DNA of 32,000 nucleotides from contig NZ_JAGIOS010000003.1 of NCBI RefSeq assembly GCF_017876815.1, positions 30,001 through 62,000 of the forward strand, read 5' to 3'. Positions 8,540 through 17,393 of this stretch are shown here, piece after piece. The stretch's first letter is position 1. Each line of letters begins with the position of its first letter. A program made the position numbers and the translations under genes. Source of the stretch: Sinorhizobium meliloti. Its GTDB lineage: Bacteria > Pseudomonadota > Alphaproteobacteria > Rhizobiales > Rhizobiaceae. A model generated the notes under the pieces. That model was not told the origin of the DNA. It searched no databases and saw nothing but the letters and a program-made list of their open reading frames with translations.

Positions 8540-9349
8540 TCAGAAACCATACCGAATGAGGCGCCCCATAGGATAAGGTATGGTGCTGAAGAGCTGCAGC
8601 GCCACCTGGGCGGCGGGTGACATCCGCGCCACCTGGCCGACGTCCCAATCCGAACGATCCTCAATGAGCTGTAGCCCCGGTACCTGCCGCTCCAGCTCTG
8701 CCGGGTCGTCGACCGCCCATTGGAGACTGGCACCGGTGGCTCGGATCGCCGGATTGAAGCGCAGTAGCCGTATCGCAGTACTGCTATAGGCATCGAAAGC
8801 TATCTCGCCCTCGGGAAAGTGCCCGGCGATCCGGCGCAGAACCTGCGAAACCTCATGATCTTCCAGATACGGGAGAACACCCTCGGCGACGATCATCGTC
8901 GGTCTGTCGGCGGGAAGTCTCTCAATCCAGCCACGCTCGACAATCGAGCAGGCAATCGTTGTGCAGCCCGCACGGCCGGGATAGATCCGTTTCCGCAAGG
9001 AAATGACATCAGGGACATCCAGTTCGAACCAGCGAACTCTCGGCCCGGGATCGATCCGGAAGATGCGACTGTCGAGACCGCAGCCGAGATGCAGAACAGT
9101 GGCCTCCGTGCAGCGCTGGAGGAATGCCTCGGTCCAGCGATCAAGCATATAGGCCCGCAGCGCGATGCCGATCGTCATGTCGTGACCAATCTCAAGGTGC
9201 CGACCATCCGGATCAAGACGGTGCAATGCATCAGCAGCAAAGCGGTCGCGAAGCAGCGAATCCGGCATGGCGCTTTCGGCTGCCTTGGCTTGGAGCGTGA
9301 TGAGCAGGGTTTCCGTTGCGCCGGTGAGGCGGACTTGCTCCGGTTGCAT
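8540..9349 (-). CDS. Class I SAM-dependent methyltransferase (COG3315 / TcmP-like O-methyltransferase family)
   Basis: ORF 8540..9361 (TTG). I prefer the ATG at 9349 (MQPEQVRLTG...), which is preceded by GGAGGA. 'VLHLGCGLDSR...WFELDVPDVISLRKRIYP...MIVAEGVLPYL' has the SAM-binding motif I and post-I pattern of this family. Confidence 0.85.
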   Translation of the reverse strand: MQPEQVRLTGATETLLITLQAKAAESAMPDSLLRDRFAADALHRLDPDGRHLEIGHDMTIGIALRAYMLDRWTEAFLQRCTEATVLHLGCGLDSRIFRIDPGPRVRWFELDVPDVISLRKRIYPGRAGCTTIACSIVERGWIERLPADRPTMIVAEGVLPYLEDHEVSQVLRRIAGHFPEGEIAFDAYSSTAIRLLRFNPAIRATGASLQWAVDDPAELERQVPGLQLIEDRSDWDVGQVARMSPAAQVALQLFSTIPYPMGRLIRYGF

Positions 9350-9636
9350 TGCTTCCTCCAAAGTGCCGGATCAAGAGGGTACCCTCTCCGCCGCATCAGC
9401 AGCAACGATCATCTTATCCTTGCCAAGCATTGAGAGCCGGGAGTCGAGGTAAATTCGACTGACAAACCGCCTTAGCGGAACCAGCGTCCATTTCGCCGGG
9501 TTTCGACGGAAATGTGCAAGGCACGTGATTTTTGTAGGACAAGGCAGCGGAACTAGAATATTGTGCAGTGCAGCAACAAGAGGCAATCTGCCGCGTAGCA
9601 CCCATGATCGCCTGGCGGCGACAGCGAGGAGGCGAC

Positions 9637-10731
9637 ATGCGATCCCTTTCCGATACACTGGAGCGACTGGCCAGATTTCGTAAGGACAAGAGTGGCCACG
9701 CCGCTACCGCAAGGTCGAGGCTGTCTCGGTTGCAACGGTTCGGTTCAAATCCCGGAGCTTTGCAAGCTTGGTACCATGTTCCTGTCGGCCTGACAGAGTC
9801 ACCGGCTTTGGTCGTTGTTCTCCATGGATGTACGCAGAATGCTGCCGGTTATGATTACGCATCCGGGTGGTCGAAAATCGCTGAAGATTTCGGGTTCGCG
9901 GTCCTTTATCCGGAGCAGGTTCCCGCCAACAACCCAAATGTGTGCTTCAACTGGTTCACCCCAAGCGATATTAGGCGCGGCCAGGGAGAGGTCCACTCGA
10001 TACGGCAGATGGTGGAGACCATAATTGTCGAATATGGCATCGACCGTCGTCGGGTTTACATCACCGGGCTATCGGCGGGAGGCGCGATGGCCAACGCGGC
10101 GCTTTGCGCCTATCCGGAGATCTTCACCGGCGGCGCGATCATCGCTGGCCTCCCTTTTGCCGCTGCTACGACAGTACCAGAAGCCTTCGATCGCATGCGC
10201 GGACACGGCATTCCCGATGTGGAAAGCCTGCGAAGCCGGCTGTCCGGCGCCTCGCCCCATGCCGGTCCATGGCCGACCATATCGGTGTGGCACGGCACAA
10301 ACGACCGGACCGTTGCGGAGGCGAACGCCAAAGCGATCATCGCTCAATGGAGCGGCGTCCATGGTGTCCCATCGAACCCCTCGTCGGTCGAAACGGTCGA
10401 CGGGCACAAAAGGCTGGCCTGGCGAGACCGATCCGGTAGGGACGCGATCGAGCTCTACCTCATCGAAGGTATGGGCCATGGGACACCACTCAAGGTCGCA
10501 TCTGGCTACGGACACACAGCACCATATATGCTGGACGTGGGAATTTCCTCTACCCTGCACATTGCCCGCTCATGGGGCCTTACGCCGTTGTCCCGCCGCC
10601 AGCCGGAAAAAGCTGGTTCCGTAAAGCCCGCGCCGCCACATCAGGCTGCGCACCGATCACAGTGGGATCGGCGGGCAGACATTCAGGCGGTAATCGAAAG
10701 GGCACTGCGCTCGGCGGGACTAATGCGTTGA
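9637..10731 (+). CDS. PHB depolymerase family esterase (alpha/beta hydrolase, LpqC-like)
   Basis: ORF 9568..10731; the ATG at 9637 has a GAGGAGG SD. 'FGSNPGALQAWYHVP...LVVVLHGCTQNAAGY...NNPNVCFNWF...VYITGLSAGGAM' with the GLSAGG nucleophile elbow is typical of esterase/PHB-depolymerase family proteins. Confidence 0.85.
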   Translation: MRSLSDTLERLARFRKDKSGHAATARSRLSRLQRFGSNPGALQAWYHVPVGLTESPALVVVLHGCTQNAAGYDYASGWSKIAEDFGFAVLYPEQVPANNPNVCFNWFTPSDIRRGQGEVHSIRQMVETIIVEYGIDRRRVYITGLSAGGAMANAALCAYPEIFTGGAIIAGLPFAAATTVPEAFDRMRGHGIPDVESLRSRLSGASPHAGPWPTISVWHGTNDRTVAEANAKAIIAQWSGVHGVPSNPSSVETVDGHKRLAWRDRSGRDAIELYLIEGMGHGTPLKVASGYGHTAPYMLDVGISSTLHIARSWGLTPLSRRQPEKAGSVKPAPPHQAAHRSQWDRRADIQAVIERALRSAGLMR

Positions 10732-10796
10732 CAGCCCCGCATCAGTGACACCCCTGATCCCCCTGGCTCAGGGTGGGCTGACGCTAGGAGCCCTGC

Positions 10797-11252
10797 TTAT
10801 CCTAGGTCCTCCGAGATCTTGAGGATAACCGTCTCCTCAGAATTCACCGGGCGCCCGTCTTCTGTCAGCACATCGAGGCGTATGGGTCGTCCGGTCGATC
10901 GTTCGACGAGCTTCGAGCGCTTCTCGTTGGGCGCGAAAAGATGGCGCTCGCCGAACTGTCGCAACGCCACCATGACGGGGAAGAGATCACGCCCCATTTG
11001 CGTGAGACGATATTCCTGGCGCGCCCCACCTTCGGATATGGGCACCGCCTCCAGGATTCCGCGGTCGACAAGGGTGCGAAGACGGGCGGTGAGGATGTTC
11101 CTTGCGATCCCCAAGCTCTTCTGGAACTCGCCGAAGCGCGTCACGCCGTCAAAGGCATCGCGGACGATCAGCAATGACCACCAATCGCCGATCACGTCGA
11201 GCGATCGGGCGCTCGGACAATAGTCTGAGATGTGACTCTTGCGTCGGACCAT
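10797..11252 (-). CDS. HxlR family transcriptional regulator
   Basis: ORF 10797..11354; preferred start at 11252 (MVRRKSHISDYCPSARSLDVIGDWWSLLIVRDAFDGVTRFGEFQKSLGIARNILTARLRTLV...), the canonical HxlR wHTH. Divergent from the MFS gene. Confidence 0.85.
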   Translation of the reverse strand: MVRRKSHISDYCPSARSLDVIGDWWSLLIVRDAFDGVTRFGEFQKSLGIARNILTARLRTLVDRGILEAVPISEGGARQEYRLTQMGRDLFPVMVALRQFGERHLFAPNEKRSKLVERSTGRPIRLDVLTEDGRPVNSEETVILKISEDLG

Positions 11253-11276
11253 GCGTGCTCGTTCAGTTTCCAAAAT

Positions 11277-11332
11277 CAGTTGCAATATTAAACTTTCCGC
11301 GATATCCGTCAAATAGTTTAATGTTGCAACTG
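11277..11332. promoter_or_regulatory. Long inverted repeat (2 x 18 bp, 1 mismatch, 20-bp spacer) in the HxlR/MFS divergent promoter region; candidate operator pair
   Basis: Left arm 11277..11294 CAGTTGCAATATTAAACT. Right arm 11315..11332 AGTTTAATGTTGCAACTG, whose reverse complement is CAGTTGCAACATTAAACT. It lies between the HxlR start (11252) and the MFS start (11345). Confidence 0.5.
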
Positions 11333-11344
11333 TCGAAGGGCCTA

Positions 11345-12583
11345 ATGTCGACATGTGAGATCGAATCCACGGCTATCGCACCGGCATGCGATACCACGTC
11401 GGGAAAGCGTTCGAAGCCGGGGCTATCTCGGTCGTTAACTCTGCTCTTCGCGGCAGCGAGCGGCCTCGCTGTCGCAAACGCGTATTTCGCGCACCCGCTT
11501 CTCGATGTGATCGCCGACGATCTCTCGCTGCCGCGGGCGACTATCGGGTTCGTGGTCGGCGCCACCCAGCTCGGCTACGGACTGGGTCTCGTCCTGCTTG
11601 TACCCGTGGGGGATCTGGTCGACCGGCGCAAGCTCGTCATCATCCAGTCTCTCCTATCGGTTCTGGCATTGCTCTGCGTCGGCTTTGCTCCGACAGAAGA
11701 GGTGCTCTTCCCGGCGTTGATTGCGATGGGCTTTTTCGCCGTGGCTACGCAGGCATTCGTCGCCTATGCGGCAAGCCTCGCACGACCCGAGGAGCGCGGC
11801 GCAGTCGTCGGTACGGTGACAAGCGGAATCGTGCTCGGCATCCTGCTGGCGCGGACGGTGGCCGGCGCCGTCGTCGACATTGCCGGCTGGCGCGCGGTCT
11901 ATCTGCTGTCGGCTGCGTTCACGCTCGCTATCACCGCAATTCTCGCTCGTGTCGTGCCAGCGCAGCCGAAGAGCGGTCCGGCGGTCTCTTATCCGAAGCT
12001 AATCGGATCCCTGTTCACGTTGTTTCTGCAGGAGCCGGTCCTGCGTGTCCGGGCGATCCTCGCGTTGCTGATCTTCGCCGATGTCACGACGCTTTTGACG
12101 CCGCTCGTCCTTCCCTTGAGCGCCCCGCCTTATTCGTTGTCGCATGCTGCGATCGGTCTGTTCGGATTAGCGGGCGCGGCGGGCGCGCTGGGGGCTTCGA
12201 GGGCGGGACGTTGGACCGACGAAGGCTTCGGCCAGCGCGTTACCGGCGTGGCGCTCACGCTGATGCTCTGCTCATGGATTTTGATCGGGCTGCTTCCTTA
12301 TTCGATCCTTTTCCTCGTTACCGGGGTGCTGCTGCTCGATTTCGGCCTCCAGGCCGTTCACGTGGCGAGCCAAGGCCTGATCTATCGGGTGAGACCTGAA
12401 GCCCAAAGCCGCCTCACCGCCGCCTATATGGTATTCTACTCGACCGGATCTGCTCTCGGCTCCTCTATCTCAACTCTGGTCTATGCCCGTTGGGCGTGGA
12501 CGGGAGTAAGCATGCTTGGTGCCGGCATTGCGGCGGCGGCACTCCTCTTTTGGGCGATAACGCTTCCCAAGCGCATGGCCTGA
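11345..12583 (+). CDS. MFS transporter
   Basis: ORF 11102..12583; the hydrophobic 12-TM-like part begins after MSTCEIEST... (ATG 11345). 'GDLVDRRK' MFS loop 2-3 signature. The upstream part of the ORF overlaps the HxlR gene on the other strand and is not credible. Confidence 0.85.
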   Translation: MSTCEIESTAIAPACDTTSGKRSKPGLSRSLTLLFAAASGLAVANAYFAHPLLDVIADDLSLPRATIGFVVGATQLGYGLGLVLLVPVGDLVDRRKLVIIQSLLSVLALLCVGFAPTEEVLFPALIAMGFFAVATQAFVAYAASLARPEERGAVVGTVTSGIVLGILLARTVAGAVVDIAGWRAVYLLSAAFTLAITAILARVVPAQPKSGPAVSYPKLIGSLFTLFLQEPVLRVRAILALLIFADVTTLLTPLVLPLSAPPYSLSHAAIGLFGLAGAAGALGASRAGRWTDEGFGQRVTGVALTLMLCSWILIGLLPYSILFLVTGVLLLDFGLQAVHVASQGLIYRVRPEAQSRLTAAYMVFYSTGSALGSSISTLVYARWAWTGVSMLGAGIAAAALLFWAITLPKRMA

Positions 12584-12887
12584 CTAAGTGTTAGAGCAAA
12601 GCTGCAAACTGCGGCGTCTGACCACAACTATATAACTTCCCCCGGCGTTCAAGGCGGGGCCGGCAGGTGAGTCTCGCCACCGAACCTCAGGGCCTGAGTC
12701 GCTTGTGGCTTTGAGGGCATAGTTTTGAACGTCGCCGGTTGTTCGGCGATGATGAGCCTATCTTACTCCCGCGAAGCTCCCCGATAGTTCCAGCTCCGGT
12801 AGTAGTCGGCCGGCTTGTCGCCCGCGGTTGCGCCGCCGGTAAGTCGACCTCGTGTTCTGGCCAACGCGCTAGAGGAGCAGCGCAGGC

Positions 12888-13778
12888 TCAGGTAGGCAGG
12901 CCGCTAGCATCCTCTCCCACTTCCCGCACAATTCTTTCGACCGCGCGGGCCAACGCGACGGAGCCGCGGCGCTGTTGGGCACCTTCTTCGTGCTCGACCC
13001 TGCCGTTGGCGATGCCATCATACATGCCGAACAGCGCATCGGCGACTTCCGCGGGGACTCCTTCCTGGGCGAGAACCGCAGCACGAGCCCCTGGCGGAAC
13101 GAATGCGGTCACCACATTGCGATCGAGTACCCTGCCGAATGCGGCCGCAACATCGTTCGCGCTCCAGTCTTGCGGGCCCCGCAGCTCAACGATCCGCTTG
13201 CCGCTGAATTCGTCACTGAGCAGACAGGCGGCGGTGCGCCCTACGTCGATTGTGCTCACCATCGGGATCTTCTGAGAGGGTTCGAGAAAGCTCAGAAGCA
13301 CGCCGTCGGCGATCACTGCCGGTGCTATCTCGCCCCAAGTCTCGACGAAATAACCCGGCCGCAAGAAGGTAGTCGACGGCGCTACCTCCGCGAGATGCTT
13401 CTCGAGGCTATTGAGCGTTGCGATGACACCTGTACCCGTTTGGTGCTGGGCACCGACGGAGGACAAGGCGACGACCTTTGACAGCCCAGACTGTCGCACC
13501 GCTTCTGCAAGTGCGCTGCCGATCTCGTCCGCGCGCTTGTAGGGATCGCCGCTCACGGGCGGGGGAGAAAGCAGGAAGGCGCCCGAGGCTCCGCTCAATG
13601 CTGCGGCGAGGCTTGGCACATCCTCGATGCTGCTGATCGCTACACTCGCTCCGAGCTTCGTCCATTTTTCGGCCTGCTCCGGCCGCCGCAGCACGACTCG
13701 GACGGGTTTGCGCAATTCGATCAGGGCGTGAGCGGTCTCGCTGCCGGCTCGCCCGTTTGCTCCAAGCACTACGTACAT
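12888..13778 (-). CDS. NmrA family NAD(P)-binding protein
   Basis: 'MYVVLGANGRAGSETAHALIE' has the GxxGxxG Rossmann motif at the N-terminus. The 296-aa size and pattern are NmrA/atypical-SDR-like. AAGGAGA SD upstream of the ATG at 13778. Confidence 0.85.
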   Translation of the reverse strand: MYVVLGANGRAGSETAHALIELRKPVRVVLRRPEQAEKWTKLGASVAISSIEDVPSLAAALSGASGAFLLSPPPVSGDPYKRADEIGSALAEAVRQSGLSKVVALSSVGAQHQTGTGVIATLNSLEKHLAEVAPSTTFLRPGYFVETWGEIAPAVIADGVLLSFLEPSQKIPMVSTIDVGRTAACLLSDEFSGKRIVELRGPQDWSANDVAAAFGRVLDRNVVTAFVPPGARAAVLAQEGVPAEVADALFGMYDGIANGRVEHEEGAQQRRGSVALARAVERIVREVGEDASGLPT

Positions 13779-13824
13779 GTCGGTTCTCCTTGGTTGACGA
13801 CCTGGATACTAGCGTTCACATTGC

Positions 13825-13841
13825 CATGCGTCGAATGCATG
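13825..13841. promoter_or_regulatory. Candidate LysR-type operator (CATGC-N7-GCATG dyad)
   Basis: CATGCgtcgaatGCATG has perfect 5-bp arms. It lies in the 78-bp divergent region between NmrA (13778) and LysR (13857). Confidence 0.35.
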
Positions 13842-13856
13842 GAGTGTATAGAAGCG

Positions 13857-14771
13857 ATGCGCGAAGTGGATTTAAGGCATGCCGACCTCAACCTCTTAGT
13901 TGTCCTTAATGCACTGCTGGACGAACGGAGCGTTACCCGAGCTGCGATGCGGCTTGGCATGAGCCAACCCGCTGTCAGCCGGGCGCTTGCGCGCTTACGG
14001 GCACTCTTCTCCGATGCACTTCTGGTGGACGGACCGGGTGGATACCTGCTGACCTCGCGCGCGGAGGATCTGCGTCCTCTACTACGCAACACCTTGGCAG
14101 GCGTCAGCGAACTTCTCGACGGCAGAACATTCGATCCGATGCAGGCGACCGGGTCCGTGCGCCTGCTGATGTTGGATCTCGAAGCTGCAGTACTCGCCCC
14201 GCGGCTGATCGCCAGTCTCGCGGTGCAAGCGCCGGCCGTCGATCTCCAGGTTGTGCCGCCAGGGCTGCGGCCGCTCGAGGCGCTTGAGGCCGACGCTGTG
14301 GATGCCCTCATCGGCGTCGTCGAGGACGCACCTGCGGGAGTCAAGAAACGCAAGCTCTACCAGGATAACTTCGTAACGCTGATGCGCGCCGAGCATCCTG
14401 CCGCGGCCAGGAAGCTCACTTTGGAACGGTTTCTTGAACTGGATCATGTCGTGGTCAGCATCACCGGGACCGGCCGAGCATGGGTCGATGAAATCCTCGC
14501 TCGCTCGGGCAGAAAACGCCGGGTGAAGGTACGGGTGCCGAGCTTCTTCGCGGCAGTCGAAATCGCCGCTCGTTCCGACCTTGTCATGACGCTGCCGTCC
14601 AGCCTTGCGCGAACTGCCGCTGACATGCGGCGGTTCGTCATGGCGCCGCCGCCGCTCGACCTGGGCAGCGTGGTCATAAGCCTCGCCTGGCATGCGCGCC
14701 ATCAGGATGCCCCGAGACATGTCTGGCTGCGCAGAACGATCGCCGCGGCCGTTGCCGATATCGGCCTATAG
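13857..14771 (+). CDS. LysR family transcriptional regulator ('DLNLL' NodD/NahR-like subgroup)
   Basis: ORF 13728..14771; preferred ATG at 13857 (MREVDLRHADLNLLVVLNALLDERSVTRAAMRLGMSQPAVSRALARLR). Divergent from the NmrA gene. Confidence 0.9.
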   Translation: MREVDLRHADLNLLVVLNALLDERSVTRAAMRLGMSQPAVSRALARLRALFSDALLVDGPGGYLLTSRAEDLRPLLRNTLAGVSELLDGRTFDPMQATGSVRLLMLDLEAAVLAPRLIASLAVQAPAVDLQVVPPGLRPLEALEADAVDALIGVVEDAPAGVKKRKLYQDNFVTLMRAEHPAAARKLTLERFLELDHVVVSITGTGRAWVDEILARSGRKRRVKVRVPSFFAAVEIAARSDLVMTLPSSLARTAADMRRFVMAPPPLDLGSVVISLAWHARHQDAPRHVWLRRTIAAAVADIGL

Positions 14772-15253
14772 CGTTCCCGCAGCCGCTGCAGACCAGCGGC
14801 GCGAGTGCTCCGGATCGAGCATGCCAATGAGGCATCTCCTCTCCTTTGGGATCGCAGTTATCTGCCGGAAATCTCTCTGGCAATCGGCCAATGTGACAAG
14901 GCCCGGGCAGGGCCCGGTGTCACTTGCATGGCCTCAGTCAAGATAGCGCGGCCAATTGATCGAATCGTCGGCTTCGCTAAGTCAGCATCCGGCGAGTGGA
15001 TCGCTACAATCAACTAAAGAAGCCGCTCGCCTCGACCAGGCGCCTTCCTCAATCAATACCTCGGTGACCTGGACGCCTCCAACGCGTCGATGAAGACAGT
15101 CGCTATAGGCGCGATGGTTCCAGTAGCAGGCACGCCATGGAAGCAGCGTGGGCCAGTGGCCACTATGGCGTGCTCTGCGACCTTGCTCGGGCCTTGGCCC
15201 GCAGAGTAGCCGTGCGAAACGTGCAGGGCGGGATAGGTCTCGACAGAAGCGCC

Positions 15254-15889
15254 CTAATCCTGACCGCTTCCGATCCTGTTGGCCGTTCCTCCGCCGGCGT
15301 CGCCATGTTTGGCTGCGGCGTCTTGAATTATGCTTCGAGCCCACGAGATTGCCGGCTCTTGCAAGGCGGAGATACCCCAAAGCAACGAAAGCTGTGATCG
15401 TCGGGGTGGGTCAAGGCGAATGAGCCGGAGATCAGGATGGCGACAGATCAGCGCTCGGGCGGAACGGTCCGGCATCGATGCGATCAGATCCGTAGCCTCG
15501 AGCACACGCCCCAGGGCGGCATAACTCGGCACGGAGAAGGCAATTTTGCGGTGCTTTCCAGCTCGCGCCAGTTCCACATCGAGGTAGTTCTGTGACGTCG
15601 GCCAAGGAAGCGGATAGATGTGTTGCTGCGCCAGGTAAAGCTCGGTCGAAATGCGATCGGAACCGGCATGGAGCGCCGAGCGCGGGCCGGCCAGAACGAC
15701 AAGCTCATCCTCCCACACGATGGCAGCATCGACGAGTGCTCCGATAGGTGTGGCGCCTCCGACAGAAAGCACAAAGTCGACCCGGCCTGTGGCGAGATCG
15801 ATCTCGTGGCTGCGACGCTCGAACGGTTCGATTGTGAGCGACCAATGCGGCGCGCGGCTCCGCAATATTGCTGCTAGAGCGGGATGCAT
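15254..15889 (-). pseudogene. LysR regulator, 3' part (effector domain only), separated from its HTH by the IS630-family element
   Basis: 'HPALAAILRSRAPHWSLTIEP...DLATGRVDFVLS...' is a LysR substrate-binding domain with no HTH. The matching HTH half is at 16929..17291. Confidence 0.8.
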
Positions 15890-15892
15890 TTA

Positions 15893-16928
15893 GGCGGAAT
15901 CGGAAAGGGGATTCCTTTTTCTGCGCAAATCAGATTCACCATTCAGGCCGGTGAAGGAGGCCGGCCTTTATGGCGAGACCTTTTTCGAATGATCTTCGGG
16001 AACGCGTTGTCGATGCGGTGACGGGCGAGGGCCTATCGTGCCGGGCAGCGGCCAAGCGCTTCGGCATCGGCATCAGCACCGCGATCGATTGGGTGCGGCG
16101 GTTTCGCGAGACGGGCAGCGCCGCACCCGGCCAGATGGGTGGGCACAAGCCCCGCAAGCTTTCCGGTCCGCACCGGGCTTGGCTGCTTTGCCGCTGCCGC
16201 GAGCGCGACTTCACGCTGCACGGACTTGTCGCCGAGTTGAGCGAGCGCGGCCTGAAGGTGGATTATCGCGCCGTCTGGACCTTCGTGCACGAAGAGGGGT
16301 TGAGTTATAAAAAAGACGCTGGTCGCCAGCGAACGGGAGCGGCCCGACGTCGCCCGCCACCGGGCACGATGGCTGAAGCACTGCCCCGGAATTGATCCCG
16401 CCCGCCTCGTTTTCATCGATGAGACCTGGACGAAGACGAACATGGCGCCGCTGCGGGGCTGGGCGCCTCGCGGCGAACGACTGGTGGGCTACGCCCCCTT
16501 CGGCCATTGGAACACCATGACCTTTGTCGCCGCACTCAGGGCCGACCGCGTCAGCGCTCCCTTTATCCTCGATGGCCCGATCAATGGCGAACGCTTCCGC
16601 ATCTATGTCCAGCAAGTTCTGGTGCCGGAACTCAAAGCCGGCGACATCGTCATCCTGGACAATCTCGGCTCCCATAAGGGTCAGGAGATCCGCGCCGCCA
16701 TCCGTAAGGCCGGCGCCCGCCTGTTCTTTCTGCCGAAATATTCCCCCGATCTCAATCCGATCGAAAAGCTCTTCGCCAAAATCAAGCACTGGTTGCGTGA
16801 GGCACAGGCCAGATCACGCGATGCAATCCATGACGAACTGCGCCACATTCTCCAAGCCGTCACCCCACAGGAATGCGCAGTCTACTTCAAAGAGGCGGGA
16901 TATGAACGGGCTTAAATACATACCGCTC
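15893..16928 (+). mobile_element. IS630-family insertion sequence (about 1.04 kb)
   Basis: It interrupts a LysR gene and is flanked by TA at 15891..15892 and 16929..16930. It encodes an IS630/Tc1-type DDE transposase. Ends show only a short imperfect inverted repeat (TAG-GCGGaAT / TAGaGCGGtAT). Boundaries are good to about +/-2 nt. Confidence 0.8.
15970..16915 (+). CDS. IS630-family transposase (two frames, junction at A6G 16309..16315)
   Basis: ORFA 15970..16395 is the HTH part ([17 protein letters not shown]...[28 protein letters not shown]). The +1 frame from 16310 reads [24 protein letters not shown]...[19 protein letters not shown]... and runs to 16915. It carries the DDE blocks DETW / ILDNLGSHK / YSPDLNPIE. 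Confidence 0.8.
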
Positions 16929-17291
16929 TAATACTGGCAGGAGCGAGATCTCCAGAGCTCCTGGAGAAACGATCCGAATGTCTCGCACCGACTCGCCGGG
17001 CTCGAATGTCGCGCCCGGCGCGCTCACTCGACCGGCCTCCAGCTCGACGTCCAATACTGCTTTCAAAAGAGAAAGCGAGCGCTCAAGGCTTTGTGCACGC
17101 GCGGTTGGCAACATTCCGCCGCCCGTTCTGACGAACAGAGGGTCTGAAAACATCTGTCTTAGCTTGGCGAGCGCATGACTGACTGCAGAAGGGGAAACAA
17201 AGAGGCGCTCGGCGCAGCGAGCGACACTCCGTTCTTCCAACATAACTGCCAGCACCTTGAGAAGGTTGAGGTCGATCCTGCGCCAATCCAC
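16929..17291 (-). pseudogene. LysR regulator, 5' part (HTH + linker), truncated by the IS630-family element
   Basis: 'MDWRRIDLNLLKVLAVMLEERSVARCAERLFVSPSAVSHALAKLRQMF...IRIVSPGALEISLLPVL', after which the reading frame enters IS sequence and stops at 16887. Confidence 0.8.
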
Positions 17292-17294
17292 GTG

Positions 17295-17313
17295 AACTGA
17301 ATCCTGTTCAGTT
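17295..17313. promoter_or_regulatory. Inverted repeat AACTGAA-N5-TTCAGTT in the LysR/bla-like divergent promoter region
   Basis: Perfect 7-bp arms, located 4 nt beyond the disrupted LysR start (17291) and about 80 nt upstream of the bla-like start (17394). Confidence 0.35.
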
Positions 17314-17393
17314 TAAGATGAGAGCCTATCATTTGGCTCAGTTTCACCGATGTGGCAATAGCTCTGGAGCACATCCTCCAAACTGGTGAAAGT

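Noticed and set aside
11386-12399. 337-aa plus-strand ORF in an alternative frame of the MFS gene
   Set aside because: It is an extremely Arg/Gly/Ala-rich out-of-frame product. The MFS frame shows a proper TM pattern.
12584-12887. 300-bp gap after the MFS and NmrA genes, with a short minus-strand frame ending ...AGDKPADYYRSWNYRGASRE*
   Set aside because: It may be a gene remnant, but I recognise no family and the frame is short.
14903-14917. GC-rich hairpin CCGGGC-agg-GCCCGG in the unassigned 14772..15253 stretch
   Set aside because: There is no U-tract and no flanking conservation. The surrounding 480 bp gives only non-descript ORF fragments, including 14982..15380(-), so nothing is callable.
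16211-16789. 192-aa minus-strand ORF inside the IS element
   Set aside because: It is antisense to the transposase, which carries clear DDE motifs.
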